A stretch of 64,000 bases of DNA from Candidatus Eiseniibacteriota bacterium (GTDB lineage: Bacteria; Eisenbacteria; RBG-16-71-46; CAVPCR01): contig CAVPCR010000002.1 of assembly GCA_963702435.1 (NCBI GenBank), positions 512,001 through 576,000 of the forward strand, given 5' to 3'. The notes below the pieces were generated by a model. It was not told the DNA's origin. It saw only the letters and a list, made by a program, of their open reading frames with translations, and made no database searches. Made by a program: the position numbers and the translations under genes. Position 1 is the stretch's first letter. Every line of letters starts with the position of its first letter. This document shows positions 24,162-34,165 of the stretch, piece after piece.

Positions 24162-24290
24162 CCGGCGCATTCTAGCCGAGCTGCGGCCGCGGCGGGGATG
24201 CGGCGCCGCGGTCCCCACACGCCGGCGGAAGGAGGGAGTTGCCTCGCGGACCGGGCCCCGTCAAGATGGCGGGGCCGCGACCCGGTCACG

Positions 24291-25748
24291 ATGCGACACC
24301 CGATCCACGTCCTCTCCTCATATCGCGCCGCCGGGCGCCCGCGCCGCTCCGGCTGCCGGGCGGCCCTCTTCCTCGCCCTTGTCTTCCTCGCCCTCGCCTT
24401 CCTCGCCGCCTGCTCCCCCCGCGCGCGCGGTCCCGCGCTCCTCGACGACGCGGCGCTCTTGACCGCGCCCGATCGCGAGGTGCTGGCCGAGCGCCTCGCC
24501 CTTGTCACCGCCGGCCGCTATCTGGATGCGCACGCGCAGTGGTCGCGGCGGGCCTTGCTGGCTCCGGCACCGCCGGCGACGGCCCTGCCGGCCACCGGCG
24601 AAGAGGACTGGGGCCGCGAGATCCGAACGGCGAGCGCCGCGCTCGAGGAGCGCGGGGCGAACGAGCGCGGACTCGAGCGGCTGGCGCGCGCGTATGCCCG
24701 CGCCGGCTGGTACCGCGAGGCGCACGCGGTGCTCGGGCGGGCTGCCGCGCTCGGCCCGCTGTCCACGGCGGGAGAGGAGCTCTTGCGGACCAGCGCCACG
24801 CTGATCAGATTCGCCGCGGGAGCCGACTCGATCGTGGCCGCGGCGCGGGCCGGCGAGACCGGAGATACAGCGCGGGCGGCGGCGAGCGACATCAATGCGC
24901 TCGCCGACCGTCTCGGTCTCGGCAGCGAGGCGCTCCGCTCGCGCCGTCTGTATCTCGGCCTCCGCCCGCCGCCGCCCGGCGGCAGGGCGCGCGAAGTCGA
25001 GCTGTCCGTGATCGTGCACCACGAGGGACCCTTCCCGGTCAGCATTGCGACCGCGACCGTGACCGCGCGCCGCGCGATCCTCGACGACAACGCGCTCGCA
25101 CCCGCGGGCGGCGAGCGTCCGGACTGGGATCCCGGCTCGATCGCCCAGGTCGAGGACGCCACTCTCCTCGTCTATCACCATCGGAGCGATCTCCGCCGCG
25201 CCGCGGCGCGGCTCTTCCAGGACCTCGAGCGCCGCGGCGGGCGCCCGCCCGACGCCCCGGCCGACTCGACTCTCGGCGCCTTCGCCGCCGCGCTCCGCCT
25301 GCGCGCGGCCTCCCCCCTCTTCGATCGAGCCCGCGCGGCGGCCGCCGATCACGGCGAGGCGCGGCGCCAGTTCGCGATCGCCGTGATGAGCGCCCGCATG
25401 GCCCAGGTGGAGACCGCCGGCGCCCGTTTCTACCTCGACCATGCAGACGGCCTGGAATCGACGCCGGAAGCCGGGGCCCGCCGGCGGCTGGTCGCCGTGC
25501 TCCGGCACGCCCCCGTGCCCAGCCTCGCCCTGGCCGATGCCGCCGATCGCGCTGCGCACGCCGTCTCCCCGGCCGATGACGAGGCCGCGGCCGCCCGCGC
25601 CGTCGTTGAAAAACTACGCATCGCCGCAGTTATCAACGAGAGCAGCGGCGGCGCCGGCGATGCGTGGCGCACGCCGGGGGCCGGGATGGACACCCTCCTG
25701 CATCTGAGCGAGCAGCGGCTGCGCGTCCTCGCCGCCGGGATCGACTAG
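24291..25748 (+). CDS. hypothetical lipoprotein with TPR-like motif
   Basis: Hydrophobic signal with LAAC lipobox; LARAYARAGWYREA TPR-like segment. Confidence 0.6.
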   Translation: MRHPIHVLSSYRAAGRPRRSGCRAALFLALVFLALAFLAACSPRARGPALLDDAALLTAPDREVLAERLALVTAGRYLDAHAQWSRRALLAPAPPATALPATGEEDWGREIRTASAALEERGANERGLERLARAYARAGWYREAHAVLGRAAALGPLSTAGEELLRTSATLIRFAAGADSIVAAARAGETGDTARAAASDINALADRLGLGSEALRSRRLYLGLRPPPPGGRAREVELSVIVHHEGPFPVSIATATVTARRAILDDNALAPAGGERPDWDPGSIAQVEDATLLVYHHRSDLRRAAARLFQDLERRGGRPPDAPADSTLGAFAAALRLRAASPLFDRARAAAADHGEARRQFAIAVMSARMAQVETAGARFYLDHADGLESTPEAGARRRLVAVLRHAPVPSLALADAADRAAHAVSPADDEAAAARAVVEKLRIAAVINESSGGAGDAWRTPGAGMDTLLHLSEQRLRVLAAGID

Positions 25749-26866
25749 CCGGCCGGCTCCCCACCGGCGGCGAGGCGGCGGAAGCAGGCCTCGACGCGCT
25801 CGACCACCCGTGGATACCCGTGGTCCCGCTCGGCCAGGGCGCGCGCCGCCGCGCCCTGGCGGGCGCGGAGCGCCGGATCGGCCAGCAGCTCGCCGATCCG
25901 CGCCGCAAGAGCGGCCGCATCTCCCGGCGGAGTGAGGAATCCGGACACCCCGTCCTGCACGATGTCGGGGGTGTCGCCGACCGCGCTCGCGACGACCGGC
26001 CGGCCGGTGGCCATGGCCTCGAGGATCACGTTCGGGAACCCCTCGGCGAACGACGGCAGCACGACCAGGTCGGCGGCGGCGAGGAGCGCCGCTGTATCGG
26101 TGCGATGCCCGGCCAGGATCACGACCGATTCGAGGCCCTGGCGGGCGCGCTCGGCCTCGATCAGGGCGCGCTCCGCGCCGTCGCCGACGACCAGGTAGCG
26201 CGCGTCCGGAAAGCGCGACCGCAGCGCGGCCGCGGCGGCGAGCAGGATCGAATGCCCCTTCTGACCGGAGAGGCGCGCGAGATGGAGCACCACCTGCCCC
26301 GTCCCCGGCGCAGGAAGTCCCTGGATCTCGTCGCAAGCTGCGCGCAGCGGACGATGGGGAAAGGCCGCGAGATCGACGCCGTTCGGCACCACCTCGATCG
26401 GCACGCGCAGCCAGGCGAAGGCCGCGAGCCGCTCGGCGATCGAGCGGGCCGGGGTCAGGATCCCGTCGACGAGGTGGGCGTAGGTCCATCGGTAGCGCCA
26501 GTTGTCGGCCATGAGCGGCAGGCCCTTCCGGCAGAGGACGCGGGGGCCGGCCGCGCCGAGGCTCCGGGCGGCGAGGCCGCCAATGCGGACTTCCTTGTCG
26601 AACGTGGCGACGAGGAGGTCGGCCGCGAACGCACGCGCGAGCCCGCGCAGACGCCAGAAGGTGAATGGATCGAGGTCGCTCGCGAAGCGGACGGCGTGCC
26701 CGGGCACCCCCGCTGCGGCGGCCGCGGCGAGGAGGCGGCTCCCGGGGCGTGCGGCGATCGCCGTCGAGTGGCCGCGGCCGGCAAGCGCCTGCGCCATGTG
26801 CACGACCCACTTCTCACCGCCGCCCCACAGGGATCGGCGCGCGGAGGAGACGAAGAGAACGCGCAC
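25745..26866 (-). CDS. glycosyltransferase family 4
   Basis: GGGEKW, VPNGVD, RLSGQKGH, EGFPNVILEAMA motifs. Confidence 0.92.
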   Translation of the reverse strand: MRVLFVSSARRSLWGGGEKWVVHMAQALAGRGHSTAIAARPGSRLLAAAAAAGVPGHAVRFASDLDPFTFWRLRGLARAFAADLLVATFDKEVRIGGLAARSLGAAGPRVLCRKGLPLMADNWRYRWTYAHLVDGILTPARSIAERLAAFAWLRVPIEVVPNGVDLAAFPHRPLRAACDEIQGLPAPGTGQVVLHLARLSGQKGHSILLAAAAALRSRFPDARYLVVGDGAERALIEAERARQGLESVVILAGHRTDTAALLAAADLVVLPSFAEGFPNVILEAMATGRPVVASAVGDTPDIVQDGVSGFLTPPGDAAALAARIGELLADPALRARQGAAARALAERDHGYPRVVERVEACFRRLAAGGEPAG

Positions 26867-27046
26867 GGCCGGGCCTCCGTCGAGGGCGGTGGCCGCCTGC
26901 CCGCGCCCTCCGCACCGTTCACTCAACGCGCGTTCCCCCCTCGCCACGGCCAGCGCCGCGCCCGGCGGCGCCCGCGGCCGCGCTCGCTCCCGGCCGGCAT
27001 CCGCCAGCCTCCCGCATGCTACAAGATCGCCCGGCCCGGCCGGGGC

Positions 27047-27075
27047 TTGAGAGACGCCCCCTCCCCCGCCATAAT
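27047..27075 (+). promoter_or_regulatory. sigma70-type promoter
   Basis: TTGAGA-17nt-CATAAT upstream of the Gfo/Idh/MocA gene. Confidence 0.55.
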
Positions 27076-27147
27076 GCCGCCTGGGTGGGACCGGCGCGCC
27101 ACGATGCCGCGGCCGGTCCCGCGGCGGCGGGGGTGGAAGGAGGTCTT

Positions 27148-28302
27148 GTGGCCGACAAGCTCGGCGTCGGGGTGATCGGGGTCGGCTTCGGGGAGAAGAT
27201 CCACATCCCGGGCTTCCAGGAACACCCGCGCACCGAGGTCACGGCCGTCGCCGCCCGGCATGCCGGGCGCGCCGCCGATGTCGCCGAGGCCTTCGACATC
27301 CCCTTCGCCACCGACGACTACCACGAGCTCCTGGCTCGCCCGGACGTCGACCTCGTGTCCATCGCCACGCCGCCGCATCTGCACGCGCCGGTGGCGCTGG
27401 CGGCGATCGCCGCCGGGAAACCCTTTCTCATCGAGAAGCCGCTCGCGCACACGCTCGACGCCGCCCGGGAGATCGCCGACCGCGCCGCCGCCGCCCGCAT
27501 CCCCGGCATCATCGACTTCGAGTTCCGCTTCGTCCCCGCATGGATGCTCATGCACGACCTCCTCGGCGCGGGTTCGATCGGCCGCCTGCGCTATGTGTCG
27601 GTGTCGTGGCTCGTCGACATCCTGGCCGATCCCGATGGCCGCAGCTTCGGCTGGGCGAGCGAGAAGGAGGCCGGCGGCGGCATCCTCGGCGCGCTCGGTT
27701 CGCACGTCTTCGATTATCTTCAGTGGTTCCTCGGCGACGTCCGCGAAGCCCAGGGCTTCCTCGTGACCGCAATCGGCGAGCGCGCTCTCCCCGACTCGCG
27801 CCAGCGGGCCGCCGTGACCTCCGATGACGCCTTCGGTGCCCATCTGCGTCTTGCGAGCGGGCTCGTCGCCGCGGTCGAGGTCTGCGCGGTGGGATGGCAT
27901 CGCCGCGGCCATCGCATCACCGCTTACGGCGACGACGGGACCATAGAGCTCCGCCAGGAGTCCCCGGCCGACTACATCCACGACGCGGCGCTCTACGGCG
28001 GCCGCGCCGGCGATCCGGTGCTCGAGGAAATGGCGATCCCGGAGGAGATGGTCCTGCCGCGGGAGTTCCCCGACGGGCGACTGGCCCCGTTCATCCAGGT
28101 CGTGGACGCGCTGCTCCGCGCGGTGGACGGACAAGGGAGACCGGGCGACCCCGACCTCGCTGCCGGCCTCCGCGCCCAGTTGGTCATGGATGCCATGGCC
28201 CGCTCCCAGGTCCGCGGGGGGTGGATGGCGACGGGAGCCGGCAAGGGCGGCGCGACCGGCCGGCGGCGCCAGGCCCCGCCGGCGGGTGCCGGGGGAGCAT
28301 GA
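27148..28302 (+). CDS. Gfo/Idh/MocA family oxidoreductase
   Basis: GVIGVGFG, IATPPHLH, IEKP, GGILGALGSH motifs; GGAGG RBS and GTG start. Confidence 0.92.
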   Translation: MADKLGVGVIGVGFGEKIHIPGFQEHPRTEVTAVAARHAGRAADVAEAFDIPFATDDYHELLARPDVDLVSIATPPHLHAPVALAAIAAGKPFLIEKPLAHTLDAAREIADRAAAARIPGIIDFEFRFVPAWMLMHDLLGAGSIGRLRYVSVSWLVDILADPDGRSFGWASEKEAGGGILGALGSHVFDYLQWFLGDVREAQGFLVTAIGERALPDSRQRAAVTSDDAFGAHLRLASGLVAAVEVCAVGWHRRGHRITAYGDDGTIELRQESPADYIHDAALYGGRAGDPVLEEMAIPEEMVLPREFPDGRLAPFIQVVDALLRAVDGQGRPGDPDLAAGLRAQLVMDAMARSQVRGGWMATGAGKGGATGRRRQAPPAGAGGA

Positions 28303-28372
28303 CGGGGCCCCTCGACCGGGGTTGCCCCCCGGGTGGGCCGGGGTGGGCCCGGGTGGGCCGGGCGGCTTGCAT

Positions 28373-28398
28373 GGAACCCCGGGGGACCGCTCCACGTC
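28373..28398 (+). promoter_or_regulatory. putative ECF sigma promoter
   Basis: GGAACC-16nt-CGTC upstream of the secreted repeat protein. Confidence 0.45.
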
Positions 28399-28463
28399 CT
28401 TACTAGCGACATGGAAACGAGCCAGAAGACGCTGGAGCCAGGCGGGATAACCCCGGTGATGCC

Positions 28464-30212
28464 ATGAGTACCCTACTCCACAGACTCCCCCTCCCGCTGC
28501 TGCTCGCCGCGGGGATCGCCCTGCCCGGGGCCGGTCGGGCCGCGCCGCCCCTCCTCGAGTGGCGCGACATCGATCCCGGAGAGCTCAAGACGACCTTCCT
28601 CAACGTGGAACGCCCGGTGACCGTGCACGTGACGGCCATCGGGACGGTCGGGACCAAGGAAGAGGAGCTCATCGCCTACCCGTGGATCCTCGACGCACAG
28701 ACGCGCAAGGTGACCTGGATCCTCGATCCGAAGATCGCGAAGCGCGACGCGCAGCCGAAGAAGAAGGCCGGCACCGTGCGCGTCAAGCAGGAGACCGACG
28801 TGCGCCTCACGCCCGGTCACTACGAGGTCTACTTCACGACCGTGGGCGACGCCCGTCGCATCGACATCTCGACCTGGTTCGGCTGGAACGTGGGCAAGAA
28901 GACCTCGGTACGGCAGATCGCCGCCCCCGAGCAGGACAGCTGGAGCCTCACCCTCGCCGCCGCTGACGCGGACCGCCCACAGATCAAGGTCGGCGATGCG
29001 GCCCGGCCCCGCTTCGAGCCGCTCCTGCGCATCGCCGAGCCCGAGCCCTCCGCCTCCGAACGGCTGCCGTTCCGCCTCGACGCCGCAGCGACGGTGGTCG
29101 TCTACGCGCTCGGCGAGTACGACGCCCGGAACCAGACCCTGGCCGACGGAACCTGGATCGAACGCGGGCCCGATCGCGAGATCGTGTGGCAGATGACGGA
29201 TGACAACACGAAGCCCGCGGGCGGGGCGGAGAAGAACCGGCTCTTCCGCGGCACCGTACCGCTGGCCGCCGGCACCTATGTGCTCTGCTATTCGAGCGAC
29301 GACTCGCACGGTCCCGGCGACTGGAACATGAATCCTCCGCACGATCCGGCCTTCTGGGGCGCCGCGCTGTTCGACCACCAGGGAGCGCGCGCCCACTTCA
29401 CCGCGGGAGGCGTCGACCCAAGCACGGTGAACCGCATCGTCGATCTCTCCCGCCAGCGCGATGACGCAATCAACGTGCGCGGCATCCGGGTCAAACGACC
29501 GATCGAGGTGCGGGTGGTCGCGATCGGCGAGAGCGCCGACGAGAAGACCTTCGCCGACCGCAGCTGGATCGAGCAGGCGCGCAGCCACCAGGTCGTGTGG
29601 AGCATGACCGGTGACAACACCGAGCCGGCCGGCGGCGCCGGCAAGAACCGCCTGGCCCGCGCTCTGGTGCCGCTTCCCGCCGGGGACTACCTCGTGTGCA
29701 ACGTGACCGACGACTCGCATGCCTACGGGTCGTGGAACGCAACCCCGCCGCGCGACCAGGAGGGTTGGGGCATCCAGGTGTGGGGCGCCGGCTCCGCCTT
29801 CGACCAGAAGTCGATCGAACCCTACGATGCGGATTCGGACCCGCTCGTCCTCGCCCAGCTCCTTCGCATCAAGGACGACTCGGACGCCGTCGAGAAGTTC
29901 GCGCTCGAGGGGAAGACCCGCGTGCGTATCCTGGCGGTCGGCGAGGGCACGCACGGCCAGATGTTCGACTACGGATGGCTCTCGCGGATGGACGGCACGG
30001 CCGAGAACGTGGTCTGGAAGATGCGCTACGCCGAGACCACGCACGCCGGCGGCAACGAGAAGAACCGCCGCCAGGTCACCGAGCTCGAGCTCGCGCCGGG
30101 CTCCTACCAGCTGCACTTCGTCACCGACGACTCGCATTCCTTCGAGGACTGGAACTCGGCGCCGCCCGACCAGCCCCACCTGTGGGGCGTCTCGGTGACC
30201 AGGCTCAAGTAG
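28464..30212 (+). CDS. secreted hypothetical protein with four ~138-aa repeats
   Basis: Signal peptide; repeated W.M...T..AGG..KNR...L..G.Y.....DDSH...WN..PP....WG. Confidence 0.85.
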   Translation: MSTLLHRLPLPLLLAAGIALPGAGRAAPPLLEWRDIDPGELKTTFLNVERPVTVHVTAIGTVGTKEEELIAYPWILDAQTRKVTWILDPKIAKRDAQPKKKAGTVRVKQETDVRLTPGHYEVYFTTVGDARRIDISTWFGWNVGKKTSVRQIAAPEQDSWSLTLAAADADRPQIKVGDAARPRFEPLLRIAEPEPSASERLPFRLDAAATVVVYALGEYDARNQTLADGTWIERGPDREIVWQMTDDNTKPAGGAEKNRLFRGTVPLAAGTYVLCYSSDDSHGPGDWNMNPPHDPAFWGAALFDHQGARAHFTAGGVDPSTVNRIVDLSRQRDDAINVRGIRVKRPIEVRVVAIGESADEKTFADRSWIEQARSHQVVWSMTGDNTEPAGGAGKNRLARALVPLPAGDYLVCNVTDDSHAYGSWNATPPRDQEGWGIQVWGAGSAFDQKSIEPYDADSDPLVLAQLLRIKDDSDAVEKFALEGKTRVRILAVGEGTHGQMFDYGWLSRMDGTAENVVWKMRYAETTHAGGNEKNRRQVTELELAPGSYQLHFVTDDSHSFEDWNSAPPDQPHLWGVSVTRLK

Positions 30213-31314
30213 CGCTCGCGTCCCCGCCCGCCCCCGCGCCGAGGATCGCGGTCGCCGCCGCGATGACCGCCGCCGGCTCGACCTCGCCGCCTGCCGCGTG
30301 CAGCACCCGGTCCCGCTCGCCGAGCGGGCGGTAGCGCGCCTGGTCCCCGATCCGGAACACGGTGACACAGGGCACGCCGAGCGCGGACGCGAGATGCATG
30401 GGCCCGCAGTCGCCCGAGATGAAGACATCGAGCGCGGTCAGGAGCGTCGCGAGCCCGCGGCTGTCGGTCGGCGGCGCGTAGAGCCGAAGCGGCCCGGGCG
30501 GCGCCATGGCGGTGAGGAGCGGTCGCTCGGCCGGTCCCGAGAAGACGAGGACCGCGATGCCGCGCGCGGCGAGACCCGCCGCCACCGCCTCGAAGCGCTC
30601 GATCCCCCAGCGCTTCTGCCGCCGCCCGCCGGGATGGAGGCCGGCGATGCGCGCTCCGGGCTCGACGCCGAGCCGGCGACGGAAGCGCGCCGCCAGCTCG
30701 GCGGCCCCCAGGGGCGGCAGGATCCGCGGGCGCGGCGCCGGGCCGATCCCGGGCGCGATCGCACGCAGCAGATCGTGGAGGAGCACCGATTCGTGCGTCG
30801 AGTCCGCCGCCGCGGGCGGCGGTGCGAGCAGGTTCAGGAAGGGCGTCGGCTCGGGGCGCGCGTAGCCCAGCCGGTAGGGAGCGCCGCTCGCCCAGGTCAG
30901 GAGCCCGTTCAGGAAGCTCGCCGCGTGGTGGGGGGCGGCGTCGATCGCGAGCTCCGGCGCGGCGCGCCGTAGTTTCTTGCGCAGTCTCACCATTTCCAGC
31001 GGGGAGCGCAGGAGCCGCCGGTGATCGAGCGCGAGGATCGCGTCGATCGCCGGATGGCCGGCGAGCACGGCGGCGAAGCCGGCCGGCGCGACCACCGTGA
31101 CGATCGCCCGCGGCGCCGCGCGCCGGAGCCCCTGGAGTAGCGAGGTCAGGAGGACGAGGTTCCCGAGCCGCCGGTCCTGGCGCACGACGAGGATCCGCTC
31201 GAGCCGGGCGAGATCGATCTCTTCGGGACTACGCGGCGGCTCGGCGGCGGCGCGGGCCGCGGCGGCCAGGCCGAGTCGCTTGAGTGCGCGCTCGCCGCGC
31301 TTCAGCGCCTGCAA
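30205..31314 (-). CDS. glycosyltransferase family 9 (heptosyltransferase-like)
   Basis: VVRQDRRLGNLVL, LHPGG..KRW, FISGDCGPMHLASALG motifs; TTG start with GGGAGG RBS. Confidence 0.9.
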   Translation of the reverse strand: MQALKRGERALKRLGLAAAARAAAEPPRSPEEIDLARLERILVVRQDRRLGNLVLLTSLLQGLRRAAPRAIVTVVAPAGFAAVLAGHPAIDAILALDHRRLLRSPLEMVRLRKKLRRAAPELAIDAAPHHAASFLNGLLTWASGAPYRLGYARPEPTPFLNLLAPPPAAADSTHESVLLHDLLRAIAPGIGPAPRPRILPPLGAAELAARFRRRLGVEPGARIAGLHPGGRRQKRWGIERFEAVAAGLAARGIAVLVFSGPAERPLLTAMAPPGPLRLYAPPTDSRGLATLLTALDVFISGDCGPMHLASALGVPCVTVFRIGDQARYRPLGERDRVLHAAGGEVEPAAVIAAATAILGAGAGGDASAT

Positions 31315-31373
31315 TCGATCCCTCCCCTGCCGCCGGCCTCCGCCCCGGAGCGGAGCACGAGCCGGGATCCGGT

Positions 31374-31388
31374 TGGCACGCTTCTCGC
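31374..31388 (+). promoter_or_regulatory. possible sigma54 promoter for HK-RR operon
   Basis: TGGCAC-GCTTC-TCGC (GG-N10-GC spacing). Confidence 0.35.
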
Positions 31389-31566
31389 CTTCGAGTGACG
31401 CGTGCCCCCGGCGAGCGCCGGCGCGCCGTCCCGAGCACCAGTCGCCGGCACAAGTTACCACGATCCCCGGCCGCCCGCTGACGGAACGGACCGGCCAGAT
31501 CGTGCATTGTGCACGGAGGCGGCGGCAAAACGCATCGCCGCGCTCCGGCCCGGCCGCGGAGGCAGG

Positions 31567-34122
31567 ATGAACCGTCGGAAGTCGCTCCTGGCATTGCGCT
31601 GGGTGGCCAGCGCAACCCTCGCGCTCCTCCTCCTCTACAGCCGTCCCTTCCCGCTCTCCCTCGACAGCCCGGACCTCCACGCCTGGGGCGTCTGTCTCGC
31701 CCTCATCGTCTCGAACCTGGCCCTCCACTTCGTGCCGCGGGAGGTCTTCCGGCGCCAGGCCTTCCACTTCCTCCTCTTCGTGCTCGATCTCGTGCTGGTG
31801 TCGGTCGCGGTCTACCAGGCCGACGCCTCCGGGATGGCGTTCCTCGTCGTCCTCATGCTCTGCATCCTGTCGGGGGCAGTGACCGGGGATGCGCGGGCGA
31901 GCTTCGTGTTCGCGCTCTTCGCGGGCCTCTTCTACCTGGCCCAGCTCCGGATCTCGTTGCCGACCATGGCTGTGCTCCTCGATCCGGGCACCCTCCTCCG
32001 CATCCCGCTCCTCCTCGTCTTCTCCCTGACCGCCGGGCTCATGTCGCACGGCGCGGAACGGACGAGCCGGCGGCGGGCCAACACGCTCCTCGCCTTCGAC
32101 CGGCGGCTGCGCATCACCATGTCGCCCGGGGAGGTGGCGGGAGCGGTGAGCGATGCGCTCGCCGCGACCACGCTCTACCGCCGGGTGGCGCTCTATCTCC
32201 TCGATCCCGACCAGGTCACGCTCCGCCGCGCCGGCGACGCAAGCTTCCCGCCGCTCCTCGATGAGCGCGAGCTGCCGGCGAGCCTCAGGAGCCGCTTCCG
32301 TCGGGGCCGGCCCGCCTATGCCGAGCACCTCCTCGGCGAGCGCCGGTTCACGCGCCAGCTCGGCATCAAGGCCACGACCGCCTTCCTCGTGCCGGCCAGC
32401 TTCTCGGACCGGCCGCTCGGGCTCCTCATCGTCGAGTACCGTCGGCCGCAGATCGACTCGGAACCCGAGGCCGAGTTCCTGAGCCATCTCGCGGAGCGCG
32501 CCGCCCTCGCCATCATAAATGCGCGCATGATCCAGACCGCGCAGGAATCGGCGATCGGCCTCCACTCGCTGCTCAAGATGAGCGAGGCGGTGAGCTCGTC
32601 GCTGCGCATTCGCGATATCCTCGGGCTCCTCGACGAGTTCTGCCTGCGGCTGGTCGGCGTCCGCGCCTGCCGGCTGTGGGTGGCGCGCTCGACGCTCGGC
32701 GCGAGCTTCCCGGCCGCCGCCGGCACCGCGATCGGCGACCTGATCCCGCTCGGCCCCGAGCCGAGCGCAGTCGAGCGGGAGGCGGCGCGCCGCGTGCTCG
32801 AGAGCGGCAGCGAGCTCTTCCTCAACACGCCGGACGCGATGGCGGCGTTCGCCGAGGACGCGGGAGTCTCGAACCTGATGGCGATCCCGCTCCGCACCAA
32901 GGACGAGGTGCTCGGCGTGCTCGAGGCGATCGACAAGCCCGAGCCATTCAATCAGCGCGATCATTCGCTGCTCGCCGGTCTCGCCAGCCAGGCGACCATC
33001 GCGCTCGTCAACGCCCGGCTCTACGAGGGACTCGAAGAGCGCGCCGAACGCATCGCGCGCCTCGTGCAGACGCTCGGCGCCGAGAAGCACAAGCTCGAGC
33101 ATATGCTGGCCAACATGGAGGAGGGCGTGGTGCTCCTCGATCGCGAGGGCCGGGTGGGCCTCGTCAATCACGCGGGGCGGCGTCTCCTCGCACCCCGCGG
33201 CCGGGTCGAGCTCCCGGGCGCGGCGGCCGCCTTCGGCGATCCGCTGGGGCTCCTCCCCCGCCTCGCCGCCGTGCTCGCCAACGCCGCACCGGTGCGCGAG
33301 ACCGTGCCGCACGGCGAGCGCTACTACGAGCTCTCCGCCGCGCGCCTCAAGGGAGGGGACGGCGCCATCGCCGTGCTCCGCGACATCACCGAGATCGTGC
33401 GTATGGATGCCATGCGCTCCGACTTCATCTCGCACGTGTCGCACGAGCTCCGCACCCCACTCGCCGCCATCGTCGGCTCGGTCAAGCTGATCCTGGACGG
33501 TCGCGCCGGGTCGCTCACGGAGACCCAGGAACGGCTCTTGAACGTGGTCGAGCGCGAGAGCGATCGCCTGATCCGACTCGTCAACGACATCCTCGACCTG
33601 GCCAAGCTCGAGGCCGGACGCACCAATCTCGACAGCCAGGAGGTGGATCTCAACTCGGTGATCGCCGAGGCGATCGAGGCGATCGCGCCGCTCGCCGAGG
33701 CGAAGGCGATCCGCCTCGAGAGCGCCACCGAACGTCTGCAGGGTCTCCTCGAGTGCGATCCCTCGCTCGTGCGCCAGGTGCTGCAGAACCTGATCGGGAA
33801 CGCGATCAAGTTCACGGCCGACGGCGGGCGCGTCCGCATCGAGGCGGAGACCGGCGCCGATGGCGTCCTCGTCCGCGTCATCGACACCGGCATCGGCATC
33901 CCGCGCGACAAGTGGGAGGCCGTGTTCAACAAGTTCGAGCAGGTGGGGCAGCACCGGGGTCCGATCAAGGGCACCGGCCTCGGGCTCGCCATCTGCCGCC
34001 AGATCATCGAGCGCCACGGCGGTCGCATCGGCGTCGAGAGCGAGGAAGGCATGGGGGCGACCTTCTACTTCACGCTCCCGCTCCGCCAGCCGGACGCGGC
34101 GACCGAGGCGGCCGCCGCCTGA
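31567..34122 (+). CDS. membrane sensor histidine kinase (TM-GAF-GAF-PAS-HisKA-HATPase)
   Basis: SHELRTPL, NLIGNAIKFT, DTGIGIP, GTGLGL motifs; N-terminal TMs. Confidence 0.93.
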   Translation: MNRRKSLLALRWVASATLALLLLYSRPFPLSLDSPDLHAWGVCLALIVSNLALHFVPREVFRRQAFHFLLFVLDLVLVSVAVYQADASGMAFLVVLMLCILSGAVTGDARASFVFALFAGLFYLAQLRISLPTMAVLLDPGTLLRIPLLLVFSLTAGLMSHGAERTSRRRANTLLAFDRRLRITMSPGEVAGAVSDALAATTLYRRVALYLLDPDQVTLRRAGDASFPPLLDERELPASLRSRFRRGRPAYAEHLLGERRFTRQLGIKATTAFLVPASFSDRPLGLLIVEYRRPQIDSEPEAEFLSHLAERAALAIINARMIQTAQESAIGLHSLLKMSEAVSSSLRIRDILGLLDEFCLRLVGVRACRLWVARSTLGASFPAAAGTAIGDLIPLGPEPSAVEREAARRVLESGSELFLNTPDAMAAFAEDAGVSNLMAIPLRTKDEVLGVLEAIDKPEPFNQRDHSLLAGLASQATIALVNARLYEGLEERAERIARLVQTLGAEKHKLEHMLANMEEGVVLLDREGRVGLVNHAGRRLLAPRGRVELPGAAAAFGDPLGLLPRLAAVLANAAPVRETVPHGERYYELSAARLKGGDGAIAVLRDITEIVRMDAMRSDFISHVSHELRTPLAAIVGSVKLILDGRAGSLTETQERLLNVVERESDRLIRLVNDILDLAKLEAGRTNLDSQEVDLNSVIAEAIEAIAPLAEAKAIRLESATERLQGLLECDPSLVRQVLQNLIGNAIKFTADGGRVRIEAETGADGVLVRVIDTGIGIPRDKWEAVFNKFEQVGQHRGPIKGTGLGLAICRQIIERHGGRIGVESEEGMGATFYFTLPLRQPDAATEAAAA

Positions 34123-34165
34123 GAGGACCAGGGCCACCGCGCCGCCCGGAGCGCGGGGAGGAATC

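Noticed and set aside
23037..24290. N-terminal half of the 903-aa ORF
   Set aside because: Antisense to GT4; only the part from 24291 has a signal peptide and plausible composition
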